Shown: one piece after another, positions 36,379 to 46,415 of the stretch
Layout of the letters: the number at the start of each line of letters is the position of its first letter
How positions within the stretch are numbered: position 1 is the first letter of the stretch
Notes under the pieces: generated by a model
What the model saw: only the letters and a program-made list of their open reading frames with translations
Told to the model about the DNA's origin: nothing
Database searches by the model: none
Origin: Candidatus Latescibacterota bacterium
GTDB taxonomy: Bacteria > Latescibacterota > UBA2968 > GCA-2709665
Length of the DNA stretch: 64,000 bases
Reading direction: 5' to 3'
Assembly: GCA_965208835.1 (NCBI GenBank)
Contig: OZ242358.1
Span: forward strand, 1,440,001 to 1,504,000
Position numbers and translations under genes: made by a program

Positions 36379-39267
36379 ATGAAGTGTCTGCTGCGACTTT
36401 CCGTTCTGTCTTGTCTAATCCTGATCGGCGCGTGTGCGACGCCGCAAAAGGCCGCCCCTCCTCAGGCGCCAGAGCCGCCGCCTCCCCCGCCGAAGCTGCC
36501 GGTGGATCCCAATCTGAGGACCGGCGAATTGCAGAACGGCATCCGGTACATTATCCGAGAAAACAAACGGCCCGAGAACCGCGCCGAGCTGCGGCTGGTG
36601 GTGAATGCAGGTTCGATTCTGGAAGACGAGGACCAGCAGGGGCTGGCTCACTTCGTGGAGCACATGGCGTTCAACGGGACCCGGAATTTCCCAAAGCTGG
36701 ACCTGGTGAATTACCTGGAATCGATCGGCATGCGTTTCGGTCCCGACCTGAATGCGTACACGAGCTTCGACGAGACCGTGTACATGCTCCAGGTGCCCAC
36801 GGACAGCGCGCTGATTGTGACGCAGGCGTTCCAGATTCTGGAAGACTGGGCGTCGGGCATTTTGTTTGAAGCGGAGGAGATTGACAAGGAGCGAGGCGTG
36901 GTGATCGAGGAATGGCGATTGGGCCAGGGCGCGGGCGCCCGGTTGCGGGACAAGCAGTTCCCGATTCTGCTCAAGGGCTCCCGATACGCGGATAGGCTGC
37001 CGATAGGTAAAAAAGCCGTTCTCGATACATTCAGGCACGAGGCCGCGAAGCGGTTCTATCGGGACTGGTACCGCCCGGACCTGATGTCCGTCATTGCGGT
37101 GGGCGATTTCGAAACGGACTGGATCGAGGGGTTGGTTCAGACCCATTTCGGGCGGATTCCCGCGGCGAGCCGGCCCAGAGAGCGGACATTGCATCCGGTT
37201 CCCGGGCACGAGGAAACCCTGTTCGCGATCGCCACCGATACGGAGGCGACGCGGACGAACGTAAACATCTACTATAAGCAGCCCGTCCGGGAGCAGGACT
37301 CCGCAGAGGCGTATCGCCAGAACATCGTCGAGTCCCTGTACAACCGGATGCTGAACGCGCGGCTGCGGGAACTGACGAAAAAGCCCGATGCGCCTTTTCT
37401 GTTCGCGTACTCGAACCAGGGGCGCTTTATCAGGTCAAGCGAGTTTTACCTGCAGGGCGCCGTCGTCAGAGAAGGCGGGATTCAGAGGGGACTGGAGGCC
37501 GTACTCACGGAAGCCAGGCGGGTGCGCCTGCACGGGTTTACGGAGTCGGAACTCGAACGCGAGAAAACTGAGGCGCTCCGGGGGATGGAGCGTGCCTTCG
37601 CGGAGCGGGACAAGGTCCGGTCCCGCAGATATGCGTCCGAGTATATCCGTCATTTTCTGTCTGGCGAGCCGATTCCGGGGATAGAGCTTGAATACAGGAT
37701 GTTCCAGGAGATGGTTCCGGGGATCCGGCTTGCCGAGGTGAACCGCCTCGCCGGGGAATGGATCACCGAGCATAACCGCGTGGTTCTGGTCGATGGCCCG
37801 GAGAAGCAGGGCGTGACAATGCCAACGAGCGACGAGCTGGCCGCGGTTATCGCCGGTGTGAAACAGAAACAGATTGAGCCCTACGAAGACGCGGCCCTGG
37901 CCCGGCCGCTCGTCGAGTCTTCGCCAACGCCCGGCGAAATCGTCGCGGAGAAGAAGATAGCCGAACTGAACGTGACCGAATGGACGCTGTCGAACGGTGT
38001 GCGCGTTGTGCTGAAGCCGACCGATTTCAAGAACGACGAGGTAATGTTTTCGGCATTCAGCCCGGGCGGACACGGGCTGGTTTCGGACCAGGACTATCTC
38101 GCGGCCGCAACCGCGTCGGCCGTCGTCCAGGAAGGGGGCCTGGGGACCTTCAACGCGATCGGACTGGAGAAGAAACTGGCCGGAAAGGTGGTGAGCGTAT
38201 CCCCGTGGATCCAGGAACTGAGGGAGGGCATGAGCGGCAGCGCTTCCCTGAAGGACCTGGAAACGATGTTCCAGTTGATCTACCTGAGGTTTACGGCGCC
38301 CCGGAAAGATCCGGAAGCGTATCAGGCCTATGTGCAGCGCATCCGCGGATCGCTGGAAAACCGCAGCGCCAGCCCGGGGGCGGCGTTCGGCGATACAATC
38401 CAGGTAACGATGGCGCAGTACCATCACCGCGCGCGCGTCTGGACGGAAACGCTTCTCGATGAAATGAACCTGGAGCGTTCGTTCGAGATTTACAAGGACC
38501 GGTTCGCCGACGCGAGCGATTTCACGTTCTTCTTTGTCGGCAACATCGATCTGGAAGGCATCCGTCACCACGTAAAGACCTACCTGGGCGGGCTCCCCGC
38601 AACGCGGCGAAGCGAAACCTGGCGCGACGTGGGCGTACGGCCTCCCCGGGGCGTCATCGAAAAGACGATCCATAAGGGGCTCGAGCCGAAGAGCAGCAAC
38701 CGGATCGTCTTCACCGGGCCATTCGAATGGAGCCGGAAAAACAGCTACAACCTGGGGTCGGCAATCGACGTTCTCCGAATCAGGCTTCGCGAGGTCCTGC
38801 GGGAGGAGATGGGCGGGACCTACGGCGTGGGCGTGGGCGTTTCCACGTCTCGCTATCCCGAACAGCGGTACCGTATCCGGATCAGCTTCGGCTGCGCGCC
38901 CGACAGCGTCGAACAGCTGACGCGGGCGGTTTTCGCCCAGATCGACAGTCTCAAGCAGTTCGGCGCATCGGAAGCGAATATCGAGAAGGTACAGGAGGCG
39001 GACCGGCGCGCACGTGAAGCGGCGCTGAAGGAGAACGGGTTCTGGCGGAGGAGGCTTTCGTCCAGCTACTGGCTGGGACAGGACCCCGCCAACATCCTCA
39101 AGTACGACGATCTGGTCGACGGTCTGACGTCTGACATTGTCCGGGACGCCGCGCGGAAGCATTTCGATATGGAGAACTATGCGCGCTTCGTACTCTACCC
39201 TGAAAAGACGGAGGACGGTCCGACTGACGGAGACGGAAGTCCTCCGGAAAAAACCGACGGGTCCTGA
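36379..39267 (+). CDS. M16 (insulinase/PqqL-like) zinc peptidase lipoprotein
   Basis: Lipobox LIGAC; GLAHFVEHMAFNG (HxxEH); NAYTSFDETVY; LREEMGGTY. Confidence 0.92.
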   Translation: MKCLLRLSVLSCLILIGACATPQKAAPPQAPEPPPPPPKLPVDPNLRTGELQNGIRYIIRENKRPENRAELRLVVNAGSILEDEDQQGLAHFVEHMAFNGTRNFPKLDLVNYLESIGMRFGPDLNAYTSFDETVYMLQVPTDSALIVTQAFQILEDWASGILFEAEEIDKERGVVIEEWRLGQGAGARLRDKQFPILLKGSRYADRLPIGKKAVLDTFRHEAAKRFYRDWYRPDLMSVIAVGDFETDWIEGLVQTHFGRIPAASRPRERTLHPVPGHEETLFAIATDTEATRTNVNIYYKQPVREQDSAEAYRQNIVESLYNRMLNARLRELTKKPDAPFLFAYSNQGRFIRSSEFYLQGAVVREGGIQRGLEAVLTEARRVRLHGFTESELEREKTEALRGMERAFAERDKVRSRRYASEYIRHFLSGEPIPGIELEYRMFQEMVPGIRLAEVNRLAGEWITEHNRVVLVDGPEKQGVTMPTSDELAAVIAGVKQKQIEPYEDAALARPLVESSPTPGEIVAEKKIAELNVTEWTLSNGVRVVLKPTDFKNDEVMFSAFSPGGHGLVSDQDYLAAATASAVVQEGGLGTFNAIGLEKKLAGKVVSVSPWIQELREGMSGSASLKDLETMFQLIYLRFTAPRKDPEAYQAYVQRIRGSLENRSASPGAAFGDTIQVTMAQYHHRARVWTETLLDEMNLERSFEIYKDRFADASDFTFFFVGNIDLEGIRHHVKTYLGGLPATRRSETWRDVGVRPPRGVIEKTIHKGLEPKSSNRIVFTGPFEWSRKNSYNLGSAIDVLRIRLREVLREEMGGTYGVGVGVSTSRYPEQRYRIRISFGCAPDSVEQLTRAVFAQIDSLKQFGASEANIEKVQEADRRAREAALKENGFWRRRLSSSYWLGQDPANILKYDDLVDGLTSDIVRDAARKHFDMENYARFVLYPEKTEDGPTDGDGSPPEKTDGS

Positions 39268-39336
39268 CGGCCTTCGGGACCTCTCCCACGGCCCCTTAAA
39301 AGCGGGGAGACGCAAGACGGAAGAGGGGGAGAAAAC

Positions 39337-39466
39337 CGGGTAGACGGTAGACGGGAGACGGGAGAAGTTATCCTTGCCCGCTAGTGTATCCCTCCTTGCC
39401 TCCGGCAGGAAAAGAAGCCTCACAAGGCAGGTAATCTCTACCCTCTACCGGCTCCCGTCTCACCGC
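39337..39466 (-). repeat. Family A hairpin repeat, copy 3 (core inverted)
   Basis: The reverse complement reads AGAGATTACCTGCCTTGTGAGG...TGCC-GGA-GGCA...CGGGCAAGGAT. Confidence 0.85.
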
Positions 39467-39623
39467 TTTTGGTCTTCCCGCTACCCGCATTCAGGCTTTT
39501 AGTGGCCAATTTGCCTTGTTTCTTTTTTCCAATTGAGTTTTAAGTGCAGCGAAGTCCCGGCGTGTCCAGATGCCGGGACTCATCTTTGATGTCAGACCGG
39601 GTTTCCCGATTGAAAGGTAATCG

Positions 39624-40658
39624 ATGGCGAGATTCGCACGGGCCTCGGACGTGAGGACAGGGGTGGTCGGATACGGCGCGGCCTTCGATATGGGTCGGAG
39701 GCATCTGACCGATACGCGGAAAGCGGGCATGACGCCCTGCGCGGTCGCCGAGAAGGATCCGGAGCGTCTGGACGCGGCGGGACAGGATTTCCCCGGTGTC
39801 GAATTGTACCCCACCGTCGATGAGATGCTACGAGAGTCGGACGTGAATCTGGTGGTGCTGATTACGCCGCACAACACCCACGCGGAGCTGGCCCTGCAGT
39901 GCCTTCGTGCGGGACGTCACGTGATCAGCGAGAAGCCGTTTGCCATAACCACGGAAGAATGCGACGCCATGATTCGCGAGGCCGGGGAGCGGGACCTGCT
40001 GGTCACCGCGTACCACAACCGGCACTGGGACGGCTGCGTCCTGGAAGCGCTCAAGCATCTGCATGAAGAAAGGGCAATCGGCGAGATCTACCGCGTCGAC
40101 GCCAGGATTGGAGAATACGGTCACCCCGGAGACTGGTGGCGGAGCTGCCGGTCGATCTCCGGGGGGATCATGTACGACTGGGGGGTACACCTGCTGGAGT
40201 ACGGGCTCCAGATCATACCCTCGGACATTGTCGAGGTCTCCGGGTTCGCAAAGACGGGCTTCTGGGCCGGCGACACGCCGTGGAAGGACGATACGAACGA
40301 GGACGTGGCGTGCGCGGTGGTCAGGTTCGAAACCGGCGCATGGCTGAGTCTGACGGTGTCTTCTCTCGAGACGAATCCCAGGCCGGGACAACTGGAGATC
40401 TCGGGAACGGGCGGGAGCTATGTTTTCGACGGTCGCAAGTACGAGATGATACGCCGGGAAGGAAAGCGGCGGGTGGTGACGAAGGGCGCCAATATGCCCA
40501 GCCGGTGGGAAGCGTTCTACGGTAATATTTCCCGTCACCTGACCGAAGGCCAGACCCTGGTGATCACGCCCGAGTGGGCCAGGAGGCCCATTCACATTCT
40601 GGACCTCGCCGCGAAGAGCGCGAAGCAGGGCAGGGCGATAAAGGCCCTGTACAAGTAG
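39624..40658 (+). CDS. Gfo/Idh/MocA oxidoreductase
   Basis: GVVGYG, TPH..H, HVISEKP, HNRHWD, GG.MYDWGVH. Confidence 0.92.
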   Translation: MARFARASDVRTGVVGYGAAFDMGRRHLTDTRKAGMTPCAVAEKDPERLDAAGQDFPGVELYPTVDEMLRESDVNLVVLITPHNTHAELALQCLRAGRHVISEKPFAITTEECDAMIREAGERDLLVTAYHNRHWDGCVLEALKHLHEERAIGEIYRVDARIGEYGHPGDWWRSCRSISGGIMYDWGVHLLEYGLQIIPSDIVEVSGFAKTGFWAGDTPWKDDTNEDVACAVVRFETGAWLSLTVSSLETNPRPGQLEISGTGGSYVFDGRKYEMIRREGKRRVVTKGANMPSRWEAFYGNISRHLTEGQTLVITPEWARRPIHILDLAAKSAKQGRAIKALYK

Positions 40659-40659
40659 A

Positions 40660-40819
40660 CAGTCCGCTGGAAAAGTCGCTCTGTAGGCGAGGGCGAGCAA
40701 TCGTGACCGAAGACAAGGCGCGCGACCGAGTCCCATCCTTCGATTCGGCGAGGGAGCGCAACGCAGTCCTTCGGCCGCGAGAGCCGGCCGCAGCCCGGAT
40801 GGGCTTTTTCAGCGGGCTG
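40660..40819. mobile_element. MITE family B, copy 2
   Basis: TIRs CAGTCCGCTGGAAAAG and CTTTTTCAGCGGGCTG; the interior matches copy 1. Confidence 0.8.
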
Positions 40820-40834
40820 TTAAGGGGAACCGTG

Positions 40835-42157
40835 ATGAAGAAGGATGTGCGGAATTCGTACTGCACCGTTCCATCGGTGCATCCGCCTCCCGACGTGACC
40901 CGGATGCAGGGTTATGCCTCCCGACTGAGCGCGTCGCCGGACGACAACATTGCGTTTCGGATGACCACCGTAGCACGGAAATACGACGTGTCGTTCAGGC
41001 GTGTGGGCAAGACCGCCGCGGAGATCGGCGAGTTGAAGGGGATGCACGGGCGGCTGCAGGCCTGTCCCGACAGGGCCTGGGAGAACGGCTGCGACTGGGA
41101 GTCCGACTTCTTCTGGATTGTACCGGAAGAAACCCGCTCCTGGATCTACACGGCCGAATTCACGGACGGGAAAGGCGTGACGTTTCACGTTCCATTTGTC
41201 GTCAAACCCTATTTTCACCGGAAGGGTGACGTGGCGGTGCTGGCCTCCACCAATACGTGGAATGCATACAACGGGTGGGGGGGCAAGTCGGCCTATAGCG
41301 AGCCCCTGCCCAAAACGCTGAGCCTGGATCGGCCCATGCCCACGGAAGCGCCCGAAGGCACGGGCCGAAGCCACCTGCTGAGGGGCGAGATGTGGGTCCT
41401 GGACTGGATGGAGGAATGCGGTTACGCCGTGGACGTCTATTCGGACACGGATTTACATCGGGGATGGGACTGGTTGGCCGATTACAGGGTTCTGGTGATC
41501 AATACGCACAGCGAATACTGGTCCGAACCCATGCGGGATCATCTCGATGCGTGGCTGGATGCGGGCGGCTGTCTGCTGTATCTCTCCGGGAACGGGGTCT
41601 ACTGGAAAGTGACGTGGGACTCGACCTGCCGCACCATGGAGGTCCGGAAGGACGGCAAGCCGCATTACCAGAACGGCGAAGAGGGCGGGCTGTGGCGAAA
41701 CCTGGGCCGGTGCGAGCATGCGGCGCTGGGTGTGGGGTATGTGCGTCCGGGATATATGACGTTTGCGCCCTATAAGGTCGAAACAGCCTCACATTGGGTA
41801 TTCGAGGGCCTGGAGCTCACGAACGGCGATCTGATCGGCGAAAAAGGCATCTACGGCGGTGCGGCGAGCGGCTGGGAGGTGGACCAGGTTCGGGAAGAAT
41901 GGTCTCCCGGGAACGTCACCGTGCTGGCGCGGGGAATCAACCCGCTGGATTTCATGCCGCCAGGAGCATCGGCGGTCTACCCGGACGACGAGTACGATTG
42001 GGACGGGTCGGGAGGCGGCCACATGACGTATTACGACCATCCCGGCGGGGGCGGCGTCTTTTCGGTGGGGTCGATCGCCTTTGGGGGCAGCCTGGTCGTC
42101 GACCCGGTTCTGCAGAAAACCGTGAGAAACGTTCTCGACCGGTTTCTACGCCAATAA
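40835..42157 (+). CDS. N,N-dimethylformamidase beta-subunit family protein
   Basis: TWNAYNGWGG, SLDRP, HSEYWS, LSGNG.YW, GWEVD, GGGVFSVGSI. Confidence 0.8.
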   Translation: MKKDVRNSYCTVPSVHPPPDVTRMQGYASRLSASPDDNIAFRMTTVARKYDVSFRRVGKTAAEIGELKGMHGRLQACPDRAWENGCDWESDFFWIVPEETRSWIYTAEFTDGKGVTFHVPFVVKPYFHRKGDVAVLASTNTWNAYNGWGGKSAYSEPLPKTLSLDRPMPTEAPEGTGRSHLLRGEMWVLDWMEECGYAVDVYSDTDLHRGWDWLADYRVLVINTHSEYWSEPMRDHLDAWLDAGGCLLYLSGNGVYWKVTWDSTCRTMEVRKDGKPHYQNGEEGGLWRNLGRCEHAALGVGYVRPGYMTFAPYKVETASHWVFEGLELTNGDLIGEKGIYGGAASGWEVDQVREEWSPGNVTVLARGINPLDFMPPGASAVYPDDEYDWDGSGGGHMTYYDHPGGGGVFSVGSIAFGGSLVVDPVLQKTVRNVLDRFLRQ

Positions 42158-42301
42158 ACCTTGATTCGTAAGTCTTCGGGGACGTTAATTCGAATCTATA
42201 CTTGTAAATAAAGGCGATTAGACGGCTGATTACCAGGATACACCAGGTCACTGGACGTGAAGGAAGAAAACGTCCTTCTTAACGTCGATAACGCCCCGTT
42301 T
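42157..42301 (+). repeat. Repeat family E, copy 2
   Basis: Collinear with 5953-6098. Confidence 0.7.
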
Positions 42302-42377
42302 CGGAGGGTTTTATCGCGTCGCCGCGTTGCTGTTTTTTCGGATTGAGGTAAATGGCGGGTCAATGGAGGATACAAAG

Positions 42378-43250
42378 ATGACGGCGCGATACGATCTTCA
42401 TCTGCACACGTACTGGAGCTACGATGCGCTCGCGCAGCCCGAGAGCCATTTCAGGCGCGCAAGGGAACTCGGGGTCGAGTGCTTCACCATTACGGACCAC
42501 CACGTTCTGGATTCGCTGCCGGAGGTGCTGGAGATTGCTTCGGGCTATCCGGACATACGGGTCGTACCCTCGGCTGAACTGACCATGACCACGTCGATCG
42601 GATCGGTCGACCTGCTGTGCTATGGCTTTCCGCCGGTCCTGCCCGCGGCGATGGTACAGGTACTCGAGGCGTATCACGACTGGCAGCGGGACTACGGCGC
42701 GGCGATTTCGGCGGGTTTGCAGGGGATCGGATTGGATTTCCCGGATGCGGATCGTCTCGAACTGTTGAAGTCGTATCGACCGTCGAAGACGATCGAGTTG
42801 CAGGGAAACACACACGTCAAGGGCGGTGTCATCCAGCGGTACTGCGTGGAGCGGGGGTTCATCGATCGGGTTGAAGACTACGCGGACCTGATGGCGCGAG
42901 CGGGCGCGGCGACCCGGTTTCCGCCGTATCCCCACGTACGGGATGCGATGCCGGCCGTCAAGGAGGCGGGCGCGCTGGTGGCGATCGCGCATCCGTTCGG
43001 CTATTTCAGAGAAGACGACGTGGAACGCATGGATGCGCTGCGTGTGGAATGTTCGCTGGACGGGATCGAGTGCGCGCACCCGAGCGTACCGCCCGGGTTC
43101 ACGGTGAAATACAGGGAATATTGCGAACGCCACGGGCTGTTCTCCACGGGCGGGTCCGATTGTCATACCGATGAGGACGTGGAGACCGGATTCGCCGGGC
43201 ACGGAGGCCCGGACGAATGGATGGACGAATTTCTGAATCGGCTGGATTGA
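42378..43250 (+). CDS. PHP-domain phosphoesterase
   Basis: DLHLHT..S.D, ITDH, AHP, DGIE, TGGSDCH. GGAGG precedes ATG 42378. Confidence 0.9.
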   Translation: MTARYDLHLHTYWSYDALAQPESHFRRARELGVECFTITDHHVLDSLPEVLEIASGYPDIRVVPSAELTMTTSIGSVDLLCYGFPPVLPAAMVQVLEAYHDWQRDYGAAISAGLQGIGLDFPDADRLELLKSYRPSKTIELQGNTHVKGGVIQRYCVERGFIDRVEDYADLMARAGAATRFPPYPHVRDAMPAVKEAGALVAIAHPFGYFREDDVERMDALRVECSLDGIECAHPSVPPGFTVKYREYCERHGLFSTGGSDCHTDEDVETGFAGHGGPDEWMDEFLNRLD

Positions 43251-43547
43251 CGTTCGGCGATATACGTCCGGTTAAATGGCTCACCTGAGGTTTCTCTCCT
43301 CTGGGACGGAGGGCATCCTGCCCTCGAAAGCGCCTGTTGAAACGCGCGCATCTTGCCCTTTTTGCGCCTTCATTGCATTTGTAGGGGCGACCGGCCGGTC
43401 GCCCTCCGGCGGCGCGGATATCGCTGATCCACATCGCGTGTTCATGTCGTTAACGGTCTGGTGCACGCGGAGAGGTTCTCTCCGGTCACCTCTTCCACTC
43501 ATCGGATTACTGGCAGCGAAAAGACTAAAGCAAACTGAAGAACTACC

Positions 43548-45194
43548 GTGAGCAATAAGACGATGAAAGCCTCGGATCTCTTCGCAAAAGCCCTCGAGGC
43601 CGAGGGCGTGGAGTACATATTCGCCATCCCCGGCGAAGAGAACCTGGATCTGCTCGAGTCGTTGCGCGATTCGAGTATCCGCGTCATTCTCAACCGGCAC
43701 GAACAGGCGGCGGGTTTCATGGCTGCCACGTACGGGCGCCTGACCGGCAAGACCGGGGTGTGCATGTCCACGCTCGGGCCCGGTGCGACGAATTTCGTCA
43801 CCGCGGCGGCGTACGCGCAGCTGGGCGGAATGCCGCTGCTGATGATCACGGGACAGAAGCCCATCAAGTCGAGCAAACAGGGCCACTTCCAGATCGTGGA
43901 CGTGGTAGAGATGATGCGGCCGCTGACCAAATACACCACCCGTATCGTCAGCGGCGCGACCATTCCGCCGCGCGTGCGGGAGGCGTTCCGCATTGCCGAG
44001 GAGGAGCGGCCGGGAGCCGTACACCTGGAGCTGCCCGAGGATATCGCGGCGGAAGAGGCGGCGGCGCACCTCTATCCGAGGGACCGCGTGCGGCGGCCAG
44101 TGGCGGAGGAAAAGGCGGTCGCGCGGGCCGTGTCGATGATCCAGGACGCTCGCCGGCCCCTGCTGCTGGTGGGCGCGGGGGCCAATCGCAAGCGTACGTC
44201 GAATATGCTGGTCCGGTTCATCGACAAGACGGGCATCCCCTGGTTCAACACGCAGATGGGCAAGGGCGTTGTGGACGAGCGCCACCCGTTGTACCTGGGG
44301 AACGCGGCCCTGTCATCCGGCGACGCCATCCACTGTGCCATCGAACGGGCCGACCTGATCATCAACGTGGGCCATGACGTGGTTGAAAAGCCGCCCTTCG
44401 TGATGCAGGACGGCGGCCTTCACGTCATCCACGTCAACTTTTCCTCGGCCGAGGTGGATCCGGTGTATTTCCCGCAGCTCGAGGTGATCGGCGACATCGG
44501 CAACAGTCTCTGGCAGATTTACCGGAAGATCGAGCCCCAGTCTCACTGGTCGTTTGAATATTTCCTCAGGGTGAAGGAATGGGCAGATGCGAAGCTTGCC
44601 GCCGGCGATGACGACGACCGCTTTCCGGTGCTGCCGCAGCGGCTCGTGGCGGACGTGAGGCGCGTGCTTCCGGACGACGGCCTGATTGCCCTCGACAACG
44701 GCGTCTACAAGATCTGGTTCGCGCTGAATTACCGGGCCCACCAGCCGAACACCGTGTTGCTGGACAACGCTCTGGCAACCATGGGCGCCGGTCTGCCTTC
44801 CGCAATGACGGCGAGCCTGCTCCACCCGGACCGCCACGTGGTGGCGATCTGCGGCGACGGCGGGTTTATGATGAACTCCCAGGAGCTGGAGACCGCGGTG
44901 CGGCTGGGCCTGAATCTTGTCACGCTGGTTCTGCGGGATAACGCCTACGGCATGATCAAATGGAAGCAGGCCGATATGGGACTGCCCGATTTCGGGCTGG
45001 ACTACGGGAATCCCGATTTCGTGCGCTATGCCGAGAGCTACGGCGCAACAGGGCACCGGCTGGAACGGACGGACGCGCTGGCTGGATTGTTGAAAGGCTG
45101 CCTCGGAGAAGGCGGCGTGCACCTGATCGACGTGCCCGTGGACTATTCCGGAAACCACAAGCTGCTGGACGGACAATTGGTTTGTCCGTTGTAA
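43548..45194 (+). CDS. Acetolactate synthase large subunit (ThDP-dependent)
   Basis: IPGEEN, RHEQAAGFMA, TLGPGATN, GDGGFMMN..N.AYGMI. Confidence 0.9.
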   Translation: MSNKTMKASDLFAKALEAEGVEYIFAIPGEENLDLLESLRDSSIRVILNRHEQAAGFMAATYGRLTGKTGVCMSTLGPGATNFVTAAAYAQLGGMPLLMITGQKPIKSSKQGHFQIVDVVEMMRPLTKYTTRIVSGATIPPRVREAFRIAEEERPGAVHLELPEDIAAEEAAAHLYPRDRVRRPVAEEKAVARAVSMIQDARRPLLLVGAGANRKRTSNMLVRFIDKTGIPWFNTQMGKGVVDERHPLYLGNAALSSGDAIHCAIERADLIINVGHDVVEKPPFVMQDGGLHVIHVNFSSAEVDPVYFPQLEVIGDIGNSLWQIYRKIEPQSHWSFEYFLRVKEWADAKLAAGDDDDRFPVLPQRLVADVRRVLPDDGLIALDNGVYKIWFALNYRAHQPNTVLLDNALATMGAGLPSAMTASLLHPDRHVVAICGDGGFMMNSQELETAVRLGLNLVTLVLRDNAYGMIKWKQADMGLPDFGLDYGNPDFVRYAESYGATGHRLERTDALAGLLKGCLGEGGVHLIDVPVDYSGNHKLLDGQLVCPL

Positions 45195-45199
45195 TCAGA

Positions 45200-46130
45200 G
45201 CGAGGGCATCCTGCCCTAGAAGGCTGTCTCGCGACCGCGTTGCGTTTCAGAAATGCGGGCGACCACAAGAGTCGCCCCTACATATGAAATCAAACCTGTC
45301 CTAAAACGGGTTTGAGTCACTACGAGAGTCGCGAAAATACGCGAAATAAACGGATGGTAAAAACGTCCGCTGCCACTGGCGAAACGTGTCGGTCAGGAGT
45401 CGGCGAAAATTGTCAACCAGAGGAGGCCTGGATGCAACGTCGACGAAATGCATCGGTTTCACATGACACCAGACTGTCATCCAGGGGACTTGCCCTGAGC
45501 CTGTCGAAGGGGCACCCAGGCCGACGAAGGATCTACTGCAGCATGAAATCATCCCCGTGCGACTCTCACATTACGATACCTGAGAGGCAGCACGTCCGCC
45601 CCCAACGCGGCACGGAAGCGGCGGGAGATGCTTCGACTCCGCTCAATATGACATGCGTTACAACAAACACGAACCGTTGGCAACCTGGTTTCCGTAATCC
45701 GGGTCAGGCCCGTATAAATTCGCCAATTGAAGCCGCTTTTCGAACATCATCTACAAGAATTTCACGGTTCCTGGACACCAGTGATACGAAACATGGCCGC
45801 GAGGTTTTGGGGATGGCTGGGTGGACTTCTCGATCTACCAGGAGCGAGGGCATCCTTCCCTCGATGGCCGTTTCACGACCCCGTTGCGCTGCCGACAGGC
45901 GGGCGACCACAAGGGTCGCCACTACAAAAGACAGCAACAGATATGTGGAAGTGCACGCGCGAGCCCGTTTAACGGTCCGATTACTCCCCACTCGAGGTGG
46001 AGTCGCAGAAGCCAAGCCGGTCCCCTCAGCACTCGCCGATAGTTTGTCGAAGGGCCGGCGAAGGCTGATGCGGTGGGGGGTATATAGCGCCTGCCGTCCT
46101 CCGAGTCGCTGGAGACCCTTGATAGCCGTT
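45200..46130. repeat. Cluster of nested REP-like palindromes from several families, including family C copy 2 (45983-46080)
   Basis: GAGGGCATCCTGCCCT, GGGCGACCACAAG(A/G)GTCGCC twice, CCCTGAGCCTGTCGAAGG, GATGCTTCGACTCCGCTCA. No credible CDS. Confidence 0.7.
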
Positions 46131-46148
46131 CTGGTCCCACGTTCTGCC

Positions 46149-46275
46149 GTGACAGCAGAAGAACCGTTCGACATGCCCGACGGCGGCGGACGTTGTGAGC
46201 TTGTAAAAGGGGAGATCATTCGCCAGACGCCAAACGGAGCGGTACACGGCGTCGTCACGGCTCGCATAGGGTACC
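46149..46275 (+). pseudogene. Uma2-family endonuclease 5' fragment
   Basis: MTAEE..DMPD...RCELVKGEI....P.G..HG resembles a Uma2 N-terminus and stops at an IS-like end. Confidence 0.65.
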
Positions 46276-46325
46276 TGTCAACACCGGTTCTGTTTTCACA
46301 AAAGCACCGGTTTAAATTTGGACAC
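46276..46325. mobile_element. IS21-family-like terminal sequence
   Basis: TGTCAACACCGGTT...CACCGGTTTAAATTTGGACA: TG start with an internal repeated motif. Confidence 0.5.
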
Positions 46326-46415
46326 TATAGACTGGATGGAGCGTGGATCAGGGATGGGATGAGAATGTCCTCCTACTAAAAATAGCTACTTGGATTTTTC
46401 AATATGATGACTACC

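Noticed and set aside
37435-39423. 662-aa antisense ORF, and similar long shadow ORFs elsewhere
   Set aside because: It lies opposite a well-supported gene. Such ORFs are expected from high-GC codon bias and carry no motifs.
45312-46379. 355-aa ORF
   Set aside because: It reads through palindromic repeats; only the Uma2-like fragment near 46149 looks protein-like.
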